From NCBI GenBank assembly GCA_951406725.2, contig OX597815.1, forward strand, positions 157,666,001-157,730,000: a stretch of 64,000 nucleotides of DNA, given 5' to 3'. The translations under genes were made by a program, and so were the position numbers. This stretch comes from Octopus vulgaris (taxonomy: Eukaryota). Shown here piece after piece: positions 13,981-27,941 of this stretch. Each line of letters starts with the position of its first letter. Position 1 is the first letter of the stretch. The notes beneath the pieces were generated by a model, which had not been told where the DNA came from, made no database searches, and worked only from the letters and a program-made list of their open reading frames with translations.

Positions 13981-14855
13981 CTATAAAACTTCCTTTTCTC
14001 TTCGTGATCATAAAAATACATCTGGTTTATTGTAGTAAAATAAAATAAAAATTAAGGTTGATATCAAATTTGATAGTAAATCTCTTTGGTTAAAATAGCA
14101 AAACATTAATAAAACATTAAAGTAAATTATGTAATTATGGGTATTTAGCAGTTAAAAAACAAATAATTCTAAGATGATGTTCTTTAATATAAATGCTTTC
14201 ATTTACAATAAGGAGGCTTAGGAAAGATTTTGTAGATTTTTAGTTTTGGTATTTCTTAGAGATTTTTTGAACTAAAAACATTTTTCTACATTCAATATTG
14301 TTTTAAAGCTTGATTTATTAGAATTCCATTGATATTTCATGCTAGTGTAAACAGCAATAATAAGAGTAATTTCAGTATAGTTTTTGTTATTTTTCATTTG
14401 TTATTATCATTCAGTTAATAAAATACTATAATTTATCAAACTGTGAATCTGTACTTTCAAGCAGTTTTTCTGTTGAGTTTATTACCCTGCCACACACATG
14501 CACACACTGATTGTTTAAATTTTAATAAAATTTTCATTTTATTTGATTTTTTTTCCCCATAATTGAATTAGAATTTAAAGCATTAATTGTATTTCATAGT
14601 GTTATGTCAGTATAATTAAATTAAAACATTTTTGGTGTTGGAGGTGGTGGTGGTGTGTGTGTGTGTCTATGTATGCTTATGTATGTGTGTGCATGTGTAT
14701 TCCTTTACATAGCAGCAGTTGGAACATGGTTACCTAATTATATTGGCGGTTAAACATCTTTCTACATTCAAGTACATGTACTAACTTATTGCTAAATGCC
14801 TGTTGTGCTGTTTTTGTGCAAACAGTACAGTTTCGGCATTCCTTTCTCGTTCCAG

Positions 14856-14919
14856 AGTCAAGTGTCCCTATTGCCCCATGGAACAGATTCCTGCAGATGC
14901 TAAACGAATATACTTTTAA
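14856..14919 (+). CDS. RMND5A: RMND5A terminal coding exon
   Basis: ttccag acceptor; (K)VKCPYCPMEQIPADAKRIYF*, matching the conserved C-terminus 'KCPYCPMEQ..DAKQIFF'. AATAAA at ~14961 and ~15062. Confidence 0.95.
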
Positions 14920-16759
14920 ACCAACTTGACTTTTTTTTCATATTGTCTCTCCTTAAAAATAATAAATTCATATCCTTAATTTATCTGTTGCTTTATTTCT
15001 ATCCCATTTCCCTACTTTTCTTTTCCTTTTTTTTTTTTATACTGTGTGGACTTACACTTTTAATAAAAAGATTCAGCTCTTCAAGTCCTCCTGAAAATGT
15101 ATTTAAAATTTATGGGATCATATAAAAAATAAAAATTCTTTTATTAAAGATCTTTATCTCTTTTGGTTATTTTGCTATTTTTCATTTCTTTTTCTCATTT
15201 TTTTCTTTTTCATTAATTTGTCTGTATGATTTGTCATTGATTATTTAATTTACACTTCATGAATTATGTTCATGTCAATCAGAATTCCAATATATTTAGC
15301 AATTAGTGTGGGTTCTAAAGGTTTGTTTATCTGAGCTAAATTTGTTAAAGTGATGTAGAGACAACTGAAAGGACAGTTAAATAGGCAGATTAATAGATAC
15401 TCAATTTGTTCCTACAGACTGGACAACTGTTTAATCTGATAAAGCTAACTTTCAAGCTCTGTTTGATGCCACTGTAGCCTGGGCAAAATGCTTAGCAGTA
15501 TTTTGTCTGTCTTTACATTCCAAGCTCAAATTCCACTGGGATCAACTTTGCCCTTCATCGTTTTGGGGTCAATAAAATAAGTACCAATTGAGTACTGAAG
15601 TCAATGTAACCAACTAGCCCCCTACCTTAAAATTTCAAACCTTGTGCCTACAGTAGAATAGATTATGATGATGATGATTGTATGTTGTTTTTTTTTTTTT
15701 ACATGGATCTCTTAAGTCTACATGACAGACAAACGAATCTCTTTTTTTGTGATTTCAGTAGGGAAGACCCTTATTTTATGTTTTACTTGACTCCGTCATT
15801 GGACTGTGGCCATACTGGGTCACCACCATGAAGGACTGTAGTTGAAAAAATTGACTTACTACTTATTGTTTAAGTCTGATACTTATTTCTATCAGTTTTT
15901 ATTGTCAAACTGCTAAATTACTGGGAAGTAAACAAACCAACACCGATTGTCAAGCAGTAGTAGTGATAAACACAAAGACACATATATATGACAGGCTTTC
16001 ACACAGTTTCTATCCACCAAATTCACTCGAGTCATTGGTTGACCTGGGGCTATAATAGATGAGACTTAACCTAAGCACTGTGCAGTAGGATTGAACCCAA
16101 AACCACTTGGTTGCAAAGTGATCTTAATCACATGGACATGCCTGCACCTTCAGATAGGTTGTCTTTGGTTTATTTTATGAATAGTCATGTAGATCCTCTA
16201 CAGCAAGACATCTGTTTGCTCTGGCCTTTTCCCTTGTACTTTTACCCCTCATTTCCCAGCGTAAAACTGCACCCTAGAGGTTCATAGTCTTCCAAGCTGC
16301 AGAGCATGAAACAGGCACTCGATACATGCTGTAAAGTAGTTGGCATTAGAAAGGACATTTAACCATAGAAGCCATGTCTAAGCAAACCTAGGGGCATGGT
16401 GCAGTCTTTGTGCCCCTCAGATCCTGTCAAACTGTCCAAATCTTGCTAATATGAGCGTTAAATGATGCTGATGACATTGAGTACAACACTACCATAACCA
16501 AGATGTGTGACCTCTCAAAGTGTCAGCAGTTTTTAAACCTATTATGTCTATGGTTACAATATGATAATTCTACTTAACGTCATTCCAACTGCAACTATAT
16601 ATTCATACACTAGAAGACTACTGCCATCCCTCACCAATAATGACTAGCGCTAAACAGTTCTACCTTGCATATTAACAATTCATGAGAATATTACTTACGT
16701 TATATAACACCTCTACACTGCCACAGCTCCTGTTGCTGTTGTTACTGCTGAAATTATGT

Positions 16760-17085
16760 GGAGGCGCGTAGCTTAGTGGTTGGGGTATTCGGCTCACGAT
16801 CATAAAGTCGTGAGTTCGATTCTCGGCGGCACGTTGTGTTCTTGAGCAGGACATTTTATTTCACGTTGCTCCAGTTCACAAAGATGGCGGAAATGAGTAG
16901 TATCTGTATTTCAAAGGGCCAACTTTGTTACATCCTGTGTCATGCTGAATCACTCTGAAAACTATGTTAAGGGGACGCGTGTCTCTGGAATACTCAGCCA
17001 TTTGCATGTTACTTTCACGAGCAGACTTCTGTTGGCCAGACCAACTAGAACACTCGTCGTCGTAGCCGACGGAGTGCCAGTTTAG
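16760..17085 (+). mobile_element. tRNA-derived SINE
   Basis: tRNA-like head with A box (gtagcttagtggtt) and B box (gttcgattc), then gtgttcttgagcag...ttcacgttgctccagt. Related copies at ~59950-60340(-), 35300-35485(-) and 59370-59702(-). Confidence 0.75.
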
Positions 17086-18102
17086 TTTTACTACTGAAAT
17101 TAACAGTTTTCTGTTACTGAAGGAATGTTGGAACTCGTTGAGTTCATGTTGATCTGCTGATGTCTATCCAACATCTCTAAATATTCAAATCAAATAATGG
17201 AAACAGCAGCTGCCCGCTATCCGAACCAATTTAAGACTTTAAAGTTCGTTTTCCAATGTCTCATTTCCCTGGAAATGTTCCTAGGAATACCGCCTGATGG
17301 ATAAAGATCAGCTGCAGTAATCTTAGAATGTCACTTCTATTACAGTCTGTTGGTTTAAATTTACAAGTTCGTGAGGATCAAACCAACTGTGAGATAAAAG
17401 TCAGTGACGTCGTCATGGACAATGCTCAATGGCAAAAACAAATTGGTCAGTGTTGAATGCACAAAATATCACGTAGACTACTCATAGAAATAGTCTGGGT
17501 TTATTAGTCATCACCTGACTCAGTGGAGATTAGAAAACCAGTTTCAATTCGACTATCAAAAGATTCTGGAAAATTGCAGCCATCTTTAATAACTTGAGTT
17601 GTAAAGACTCTGGTGGACAAATTCTAATTACCCAATGTTTTTGATTTCATAACCGATATGCAATGGTATTTGGTGGGTGGTCTTAATGAAAGTTGGGGAA
17701 TATTTTGCTAAGTGGTTTTGTTTGCTGTCTGGGAATGAGGTGCTATCTGAGGATGAGGTATTGTAATTGGCTTGGTGATGTATGTTTGCGTGGGTGATAA
17801 AATTTTAGGTTATAAAATTAATTAAGTTTTAATCTCGAGGCGGTGAGCAGACAGAATCATTAACGCGCCGATCAATAATACTTAGCGGTATTTCGTCCAT
17901 CTTTACGTTCTGAGTTCAAATTCCACCGAGGTGGACTTTGCCTTTCATCCATCCCGGGCTGGTAAAATACCAGTTGAAGCATGGGTGAATGTTAACGGCT
18001 TTCCACCTCCACCGAAAATTTCTGGCCTTGTACCAACAGTTGAAATCAATATTATATCACCAATGTTGTTAACTGTACTGTATCACAATCAAGTGTTGAA
18101 TA

Positions 18103-19360
18103 CGGGTGTGGACTGAAAAGTTCATAAGCTGACTATGAAAGTGGTGTTAAAGCTGGAAAATCTTGCATGCATTAATTTCAGATCTTATTAATAACTTTAT
18201 TGTTTCTTTCCAGGTAAGCTAACATCTGATTGTTTAAAGAAGACTTCAAAAATAACTAGTAGCGACTTCTTTTGAAAATCGACAAAATTTGGCATCGTGG
18301 TGTTATCAAGTACCTGTCGAAAAGGGATTTAGATCCCTAGGATATTCATGCTGACATGATTGCTACTTTAGAGGATGACACTCCAGATTAATCAACAGTC
18401 CAAAAGTCGGCAGTTGAAATAGGAGTGGTAGGGAAAATGTTGAATATGATCCAACGTCTGAACGTCCTACAACTGCCACCATCGCAGAAAACATTGATTG
18501 CGTTCACCGCATAGTGATGGATGACAGGCAACTGAATTGAAAATCAATTAGCCAATGCTATTAGCATATCCTGTGAGAGAGTTGAGTAGATACTGCTCAA
18601 AGAACTCGACATGACGAAAGTTCGTGCTCGGTGGGTGCAACGTTTTCTGACACCTGATCAAAAGCGTACCAGGCTAATCAAATCACGGAAAAATTTGACA
18701 ATGTTTGAGGCAGATCCAGCTGGTTTCCTTTAACATTTTCTAAGACAGGATGAGTGTTGGCTTCATCTCTTTGAGTCAAAGACAAAGAGATAATCCATGC
18801 AGTGGAAACGCACCTGTTCCAAAGAAGGCCAAGGTCATTTCATCTGCAGGAAAGGTGATGACCTCAATTTTTTTGGTGGGGTGCTAAAGGCATTGTTTAT
18901 TGACTAGCACTATGCCAAGTTACTGAGGCAGTTGCAAATGACTATTAAGGTCACACGCCCAGGAAAACTGACGAAAGGAGTCTTGTTTCATGAGGACTAT
19001 GCTCCTATACACAAGTCGTTAGTTTCAATGACTGCTGTGTGTGACTGTGGCTTTGAACCGGTTGGTCACCCTCCGCATTCTCCTGATTGGCTCACATCTG
19101 ACTATCATCTGTTCCCCAACATGAAAAAACACTTGGCTGCGAACTAGTGTCCCAGTGATAATGATGATGTTACATCTGCTGTTGAGGACCTCATTTTAGC
19201 GACAGGATAAAAGCTTCTCTACTAATGGGATCGAAGCACTGTAACACTGATGGAAGTAAAGTATAGACCGTACGGAGGACTATGTCGAAAAATAAACCTC
19301 ATTTGGCCACATTCCATAAGAGTACCTTGGTCAGCTTATGAACTTTTCAGTTGTCCCTCG
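18103..19360 (+). mobile_element. Decayed full-length mariner (Tc1/mariner) transposon
   Basis: TA flanks; TIRs ctgaaaagttcataagctgac / gtcagcttatgaacttttcag; ~1.26 kb. Transposase remnants ARWV..LTPDQKR and HPPHSPDWLTSDYHLFPNMKKHL, with many stops and frameshifts. Confidence 0.92.
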
Positions 19361-19362
19361 TA

Positions 19363-19830
19363 CGTGGACATCTTCGATAGCCTTAATTTCTAGTGTAACA
19401 TTGTTTCGTAAGAGTTTCCGAATTTCATTTTTTACACGAAATTGTATTTATGTTATTTATGACATCGTTCGTGCGTTTGTACTGGTTTTAGCTTTTAGGT
19501 TTTAAGGTTAGGGTTTTAGGCTTAGGATTATAGGGTTAGGGTTAGGGTTGTCATAAATAACAGTGACAAACGAAAAATACACTGCCGGAAGTTCTTGTTG
19601 ACAAACAACGGCAGTAATTTTATTCAGCTGAATACACGTCATTGATTAGTTAAAATTATCGAAATAGGACTACTTTGACGTGAAATTACTTCGTAAATAT
19701 AAGTTTTTCTCAAAAATGCTAAGAGTAAAAGATGGTTTATATGACGTGGATATCTTCGATAGCCTTAATTTCTAGTGTAACATTTGTTTCGTATAAGTTT
19801 CCGAATTTCATTTTTTTACACGAAATTGTA
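19363..19830. repeat. Element with ~85-bp direct repeats, an internal 14-bp inverted repeat and TTAGGG-like repeats
   Basis: cgtgga(c/t)atcttcgatagcc...acacgaaattgta occurs at 19363 and 19745. tgttatttatgaca / tgtcataaataaca brackets degenerate TTAGGG repeats (19494-19549). Confidence 0.75.
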
Positions 19831-19839
19831 AAACTACAC

Positions 19840-22800
19840 CTGTTGTGAAGGAGACTGTCTTGTTTGAGTTGAGTATAATTGGAATGTTTCCTTTTTTTAT
19901 TGAAAGGGTGGAGGCCTATATTGTATCTAATATATCATTTTATTTCCTAATGTATTGATGGGACTAATATATTGTGTGCACATCGTTGTCGTAAAAGCAA
20001 TGATGCCAAATGTGACACTCTATAAAAATGTTTATGATTTCATGATCAATGTGCAATGGAATCGCGCAGGTGGTCTGATGAAAGTTGAGGAATTGTTTAC
20101 GAAGTGGTTTTGTTAGCTTGGGCTGTAGAGCAGAAGGTAGTGTCAGGAGAAGAGGTTTTGTAGTTGGCTTCGCGAGGCATGTTTGTTTCCTAACGACTTG
20201 TTGAGCATAATTCTGAATATTTGGGTATTTTATGGAGATGGTATATAATTTTATTGACGAATGTTTTTATGGGTCTAATACATTGTGTGCACGTCGTTAC
20301 ACTTACGTCCTGTATGGCACGGTAAATACTATAGGTTTGGGCGTCATTTAACTTTCTTAGTTTTCTAAGGGAATCGTAACTCCTAAAATTTTATTTTATT
20401 TTCCGTGTGATTTTTAGTTGCATTCATTGTTATTTGGTGTTGCCGAGAAGAGTGACAAAGAATTTGGTGAATGTTACTTTAAGATTATTGTTGAAGAGCG
20501 AGATTTCTGCGTAATTTAATTTGTTTATCTAGTTGTGCAGTCGCAGGGTTTGTAGAATGCTGATGGGATGTGTGCATGTGATACCACGTAAATATGAGAA
20601 TGGTTTTTGTGAAAACGTGGAAAGATTGTGCAGGTAGGGGTTGAGAAGAGTGGGTAAAGGGACACAAGACTGTAGGTTCTGGAAATGTTGTACACGATAT
20701 AGGTTAACAAACATTCGAAGTTCTTTCTTAAGGTGATATTGCGTACTATTATTCTTGATGATATGTTTTTCCTGTACTACGTTTGTGAAGAGTGTGGTGG
20801 TTTAGAGTAATGGTGTGAATCCATGCTGTAATTTGTAAAAGTGCGAGTTTATAATGTCAAAACTTTCTAAAACATTTTGAAGAAATTTAACTTGGTTGAC
20901 TTGTTGTGCAACCGCATAATACCTAAAATGGTGTTGGGATGTGTGTAATAAAAGAGGTGTCATAACAATATTAAAAGTAAATGGTGGGTGGCCTGACGAA
21001 AGTGGTTTTGTTAGCTTGTATTTTTGTTAGGTTGTAGTGTAGAGTTTTGTTAGTTTGGGCTAAGTTGTTTTGTTAGCTTGGGGTGTAGAGCAGAAGGTGC
21101 TGTCTGTGAAGGAGGTGTTGTATGAGGAGGTGGTACTGTCTGAGGATAAGGTCTAGTAGCTGGCTTGGTGAGGTATGGCTGTATGGGTGACAGGATTTTA
21201 GGTCATTGAATAAATTTTCTTTTAATATTGTTATGACACATCTTTTGTTATTTGTAGTCTCGACAGTTAAGTGTTGAATTAGTTTCCAAATGACTTGCAT
21301 CAGTTGAAAATAATTTTGAAACTTTGTGTTTTTTTAATGGACAGGGTGGCAACCCATTGAAGATCCATTGTATTATTTTATTGCCTGTGTTGATAGGTCA
21401 TGTATGAATGAGAATGATTTTTGTAGAGATGTGGGAAGATTGTATAAGCATAGGTTGAGAAAAGTTAGTAAAGGAACTCGATACTGCAGGTTCTGGAAAT
21501 GGTGCACACGATATAGGCTAGCAAACATTCCACGTCGTTTCTTAAGGTGGTACCAAGTACTTTTATTCTTGAAGATAATACGTATTTTATGTATTACATC
21601 TATGAAGAGTGTAGTGGTTTAGAGTAATAGTGTGAATCCGTGTTGTAATTTGTAAGTGTGCAAGTTTATAATGTCAAATCTTTCTAAACATTTTGTGTTT
21701 GATGTATGTCTAAGAGGCTGCGACATACGGATTTTTCTTGAACATTACAATTTCAGTAAACTAATAGAACTAAGAGATTTAGCAGTATTATTACAAGAAG
21801 TTCTAGACGCTGGTGAGAACTGCGATTCCTTCAGGCCCTTAGTGCTTTTGGCGTATATTTTGTATGGCCACAAAACTAACGAATTTTTAGAAATATGTAT
21901 TCTTTTCTGGGTGTCTGATGGAAGCAAGAATAAAAATTGTTGTTGAGGCGGAAGGTGCATAATTTTCGTTCTGTGTGGTGTTCTGGTGTCTCATTTTCTT
22001 GAAATGTCTGACAAGGGAACTTGCTTGATTTTGCAGTATGGCTGCTTTACTAAATATTGTTATTATAAGATGGGATGTGATGTGTCAGTTGCTGTTGATG
22101 ATGTTCCTAATTACATATTTTCTATTCCATGCAACAAAAGTAATGTTGGATTGAAATAACCATATTGTCTATCATATTCAATGTAAATACACTGTAATAG
22201 GCAAAAATGAATGCAGCATTCGTCCGGAGATAATATCGGCTATGGACGCACTGTGATTAAAACGTTGGTTACAAATGTTTATTAGTTTGTAGCGTACCTC
22301 AGTGATATCCTCACTGCTTGAGAGATATAACACAAGTAACGTCGTGGCAGATAGCAGCCATCCTTCGATTGGTTGGTTTTGGTACAGTTTTATCTCTTCG
22401 CGCCAATGTGTAAACCAACCAATCGCAACCTTTAGATAAGGTCCCGTGACACTATTTATCTTATGCATTGTTCGAGCCAACTAAACCCTTTAAAAAGGCT
22501 AGATCGACAGACCATTTCGTCTTTGGTCCTAGGCCAATGACCACAGAGCATCCAGCGACAGACCAGCCAGTTCGAGCGAGACAGCCATGTTCCTGCGACA
22601 GCCAACGACGACACCAACACCTTTTCCATCACGTCGCCTTAAGCTTATCGACGCCACCAACATGTCTACGTACACACCAACACCAACATCGTTCCAGGTT
22701 TAACTACACGCTGTTTGTGAATATTCATCAAGGTTAACAGCTCCAGTCTACCTACGAGAGCTTTCTGTACCAAGTAACCCGGCATAGGATTGAAGCCTCA

Positions 22801-25800
22801 ACCGCTTACTCGACATGAGTTTCAACCGGCTCTCCACTTTGCCACCAACCTCTCTGTTACAGAACTAACTATGGTGTGTCTTACACCGAAATGGTATTTA
22901 TCAACATCTTGTCTGAACGTTCATCTAGTGATCCTGTTATAGACTCTTTCTATGTTTTGTATTGTATTATCTCATACTGTTATCGCATACACAGACACAC
23001 TCTACGAACACATAGATACACACTTGTCGCATTCATAGACAAACACACTGCTCCTCACGAACACATCTAAATAAAGTCTTCTTTTCTCATACATTATACG
23101 GTTGTGTTTTCTCCTTATTCTTTCTTGGCACTGGTATTCTTTTATTTCATGTATTTTGTTTGTTTTTGTAGGCGACCGTGCGGCGCTTAAAAAGGAGACA
23201 TTCGTCACCATCTCCTTTACGTACGGTCGCTCTACAAGTTCTACTTTTACTACGTGTTATTTATGGCTTTATTTATTTTCTTTTGTTATTGTTTTGAAAG
23301 CTTGATGCTGAGTTACTGTTGGTTGTTTCGTATTGGTGCTTTACACGAGTGCTGGTGAGTGTGATTGGTGGTTGTGATGTTGAAATCTGGAAACATTGTC
23401 TGTGTTTGATGACAGAACTCATTACGTTGTGTTGTTTGAAATGTATGAAAATGTCTTTGATTTCATAATCTATATGCAATAGTATTTGGTGGGTGGTCTG
23501 ATGAAAATTGGGGAATTGTTCGCTAAGTGGTTTCGTTAACTTGGGGTAGAGTAGAAGGTAAAGTGTTGCCTGAAGAGGTGCTGTCTGAGGAGGAAGTATT
23601 GTTGCTGGCTTGGCGAGGTACGTCTGTGTGGGTGTTAAAATTTTAGGTAGTAAATAAACGTATTTTTATTACTGTTATGACTCCTGTTAACTTCAAGTGC
23701 GTATAATTTTGAATGTTTGCATGTTTTTATGTGGATTCATTGTATTATTTTATTGCGTAATGTGTTGATAAATCGAATACATTATCTATACACTGTTACC
23801 ATTACGCCCAAATATGACACGTTACACGGTCTAAAATTGTTTGGGCGTCATTTAGCGTTCTTTTGTTTTCTAAGTGAATCGTGAATGTTATAAGTGTCTT
23901 GTAACTCCTAGAATTTTTTATCTTATGTGTGATATTTGGTCGTGTTCACTGTTCTTTGGTGTTGCCGAGAAGGGAGACAGAGAATTTGGTGAGTATTACT
24001 TTTAAGATTGTTGTTGAGGAACGAGATTTGTAGGTGATTTAACTTGTTTGACTAGTTGTGGAGTCACAAAATTTGTTGAATGGTGGTGGGTTGTGTGTAT
24101 GTTATATAATGTAAGTATGATAATTGCTTTTGTGGAGATATGTAAGTATAGGTGAGAAAAGTGGGTAAAGGGACGCGAGACTGCAGGTTCTGGAAATGGT
24201 GAACATAATATGGGCTAGCAAACGTTCCATGTTGTTTGTTAAGGTAGTATTGAGTACTCTTATTCTTGAAGACATATATCTTTTTGTATTTCGTTGTGAA
24301 GAGTGTGGTGGCTTAGATTAATGGTATAAATCCGTGTTGTAATTTGTAAATGTGCGAGTTTAACTTCAAATCTTTCTAAAAATTTTGAGGTTGATGTGTC
24401 TGTAGAAGGCAATGTCATAGTTGTATACGTTGGCGAGAACAGCGATTCATTGAGGTCCCTAGTGTTTTCGGTGTATATTTCGATGTATATCTTTTGAATT
24501 TTTAGAATTGTATATTACTTTTTAGGAATCCGATGGAAGCAAGAATAAAAATTGTGGTTGAGGTGGAAGGTGCACATCTTTCGTTTTGTGTGATGTTTTG
24601 GTGTCTGATTTTCTCGCAATGTCTGACAGGGCAGTTTGTTTGATTTTGTAGTATGGTTGATTTACTCGATATTGTTATTGCAAGATGGGATGTGATGTGT
24701 CAGTTGCTGTTGATAATGCTGCTAATTTCTTCATATTTTCTGTTTGACGCACGCAACAAAAGTAGTGTTAGATTGAAATAATCATATCGTATATCATAAG
24801 TATATGATAGGTAAAATTTACTGCAGCATTAGTTCGGAGATAATGTCGCCTATAAATCTTTTGAATTTTTAGAATTGTGTATTACTTTTTACGAATCTGA
24901 TGGCAGCAAGAATAAAAATTGTGGTTGAGATTAAAAATACAATATCAGAGGGAGACTGAACGTGTCCTAATAAAAGTGAAAGAGAATGTTTGATACCTTT
25001 CTGTCTCTACGTTAGGCGTTATTAATGAACATACTGGCAGTGAGTGTATATTATTGATAACATCTAACGTTGAGGTAGAAATGCATCAAACGTTCTCATT
25101 CATTCTCCTATCTCTTGATATATACATATTGCATTTTTAATCACAACGTTTCCATAGGAGATACAATCTCCGGGCAAATACCGCAGTAAAGTTTGCCCAT
25201 CACAATATAATTACATTAAGTATGAGTTAAATTGGGCTGTGGAGCGGAAGGTGCCGTGTAGAGAAGTGTTGTTGTGGTGATATATATGTATATTGGTGTC
25301 AGAATTTCGGTCACGTAATGAATTTAGCTGTAATACTATTATGCCACTTCTTGTTATCTATACCGTTTGACAGCTTAGTTTTGAATCCATGAAAATCTTC
25401 GAAAATGTAATTTCGTGAGTAAGGTTGTCTCACACTAGTTTATGAATGTTGTTTTTTAACATCCAAATAATAAGACTACATCTTTTGTGAAAGAGTCGGT
25501 CATGTCTGAATTGAATATAATTTAGAATACTGAGCATCGTGTGTTCTGGGAGTAAGAATATTTCCTTAATTTTTACTAAGTGCCGTATATGATCAACTCT
25601 TTCAGTCCAATATAGATGTGTTTAATGTAATTAAATTTGTATTGCAGGATTTTATAGTTTCATGTAACGTTTACAAAAGTTTCTTTTTTGTGAAGCTTTT
25701 ATTTTTAAAGGTATTCTATGAGAACTTGTGACATTGGAATGGAGATTAGAATGGTGATTACTGTTTTAATCGTTGACAATTTTATTCTTTTTGTTGTTTC

Positions 25801-27130
25801 GTATAAAGTACCGTATTTGTAAATGCTCTATAACGTTTGTTTGAGCAGCTTGTAGGCATTTACCATTGTTAGTGTTCTAGAGTCCAGGCGAAGGCCTACA
25901 ATTGTTTTAGATTATTTTCATGAAGTTAAATTAACATGGCTATAAAGTTATTGTAGGCCATTGTATTTTGGAATAATTAGAAGAAACTGTTGAAAACACA
26001 GTACGTGACCTCCTAAAAATAGAAGCTAATGGGATAAGAGTTAAACTTAATCAGTTGCTGTAAAGATAAGTTATTCTTTTTCCAACGTGAACATCTTTGA
26101 AGGAGAGCTAGATATATTCTAATTGTTCTGGCAGGAAGAATTTTTAAAGTCAAGTGTTGTCCTTGACATTGAGGGTATCAAAAACGAATTTTCTTTGATA
26201 GAAACCGAAAAATATGTTACTTGTAGCCACACGCTACAACCTAAACAATTCTTAGTAGATATAAACATTTAACCTTTTCCAGAAAGTACCTTGATATTTC
26301 GGAGCACCAATGAAGAACTGCAAAAGAGAAACTAACTTCTTCGGAGAAAAATAAAACAGAGATGTTGCTTACCATATAAACTTCTAGAATATCATTAGTA
26401 CTTCAGTTACAAAGTCTGCAATAGCACCAACTGAAGGCTGGACAGCTTGTGTAAAATGATGAAAATTAAATGTTAGGGTTTCAGAATAAGACAGTATGAA
26501 GTATGATAAGAAAGTATGAAAGGGATCATGAGAAATGTTATTTCGCCTGGAGAGAGCGTCAACGATGTTTTTCTTATGGGAAGGGAATTGACTTTTTATT
26601 AGAAGTTATAATCCAGACAGAAGAAATGAAACTGTACAATGGTTTGAAGCGTTCGGGTTTGGTTGAAATGCACCCAAGATGAGACCTATATTCCGAAAAC
26701 ATTCATGCAGGTAGAATGCCAAGAAATGGGTAATCACTTTCAAGTTTAACAACATATCTCATTGAATAACAACATATCCCATCACAGACTGTTGTAACAT
26801 AGTGAAGTAATATATTTTGATAAAAAGATGTCTTCAAACTATTTTGCGCTTATTGTGAATCTAACTCCAGTATCATTCTAAGTTAAGCAGATGTATCCGT
26901 TGAGATATGTTAATTTAAAAGACGCTTGGTAGAAGGGTAAAGAGACACGATATTGCAGGTTCTGGAAATGGTGCGCACAATATAGGCTAGCAATCGTTCC
27001 ATGTTGTTTGTTAAGGTAGTATTGAGTACTCTTATTCTTGAAGACATTATATATCTTTTTCTATTACGTTGTGAAGAGTGTGGTGGCTTAGATTAATGGT
27101 GTAAATCCGTGTTGTAATTTGTAAATGTGC
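19840..27130 (-). mobile_element. Partially tandem array of decayed Penelope-like element sequence
   Basis: The same diverged block (aaggt..tattg..tactcttattcttga...gaagagtgtggtgg...aatttgtaa) appears at ~20730, 21545, 24240 and 27010. Decayed body at ~25100-26900 with an IYIG remnant (~25610). The terminal motif ccggagat...tgtgattaaaa is shared between ~22220(+) and ~25170(-), with a partial copy at ~24835(+). Confidence 0.55.
22340..23221 (+). mobile_element. Probable LTR / solo LTR inserted into the repeat array
   Basis: GC-richer ~880-bp block with an internal inverted repeat (cgattggttggttt/aaaccaaccaatcg), AATAAA at ~23069 and an end ...ctcctttac. No clear TSD seen. Confidence 0.4.
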
Positions 27131-27784
27131 GAAGCTTCACAGTTTCCGTCCACGAAATTCCACTCAGAAGATAGTAGTTAATCCTAGTCTATAATAGACT
27201 AAAATCATTTGCCTAAAGTGCCGCACGGTAGGACAGAACCTGTACACTATATAGCTGCTAACCGTAATAATACCTTCACAGATTTCTCTAAGCTTTAACA
27301 ACATTGCTAGGCAAGTGCTAAAGAATTGCCCTAACTATGATGACTTGTACGAATTTCCAACAAGGCTTCCGTTTTGAAGGCTGAAGCGAACTTAATAACT
27401 AAAGCACGAAAAAGTGTGCTACCACATGGGACAGGAATGTCAACTCCACAAATATGTTATCGTTACCTAAGATGTGTTACTCGTCTATTTTGTTGGTTTG
27501 AGAGCGATAACGGTTACGGCGTGGTTTTTTAGGGCAAATTGTTTTAGTATGTCAAGCGGTTAGCGTAGTTGTTGGGGAAAATACCTTCAGTATCTTTGAT
27601 GTGTAATATTACAGTTAACAAAAAAACTGCTTTTACTTAATACATCTACTTGAAAATGATTTATATATGTGTGTGTATGATAAGTATGTATGTATGTATA
27701 CACACACGCACGCACGCACTCACACACACACACACACAGACACACAGACACAGATACAGAGACACAGACACAGAGATACACACA

Positions 27785-27885
<101 letters not shown>

Positions 27886-27941
27886 TCAATGCTCTAATAA
27901 CTCTGCTATTTCAAAACAGATTTGTTTATGCTTTTGCAATA

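Noticed and set aside
16760-16835. tRNA-like sequences (also 39760-39830, 59630-59700, 60265-60340)
   Set aside because: They are SINE heads continuing into shared SINE bodies, not tRNA genes.
19494-19549. TTAGGG repeats as a telomere or fusion site
   Set aside because: Short, degenerate, one orientation only, and embedded in an interspersed repeat.
25130-25200. CCGGAGA...GAAACGTT on the minus strand as a possible hammerhead
   Set aside because: Two core mismatches, no convincing stem I or II, and the homologous copies at ~22220 and ~24835 lack GAAA.
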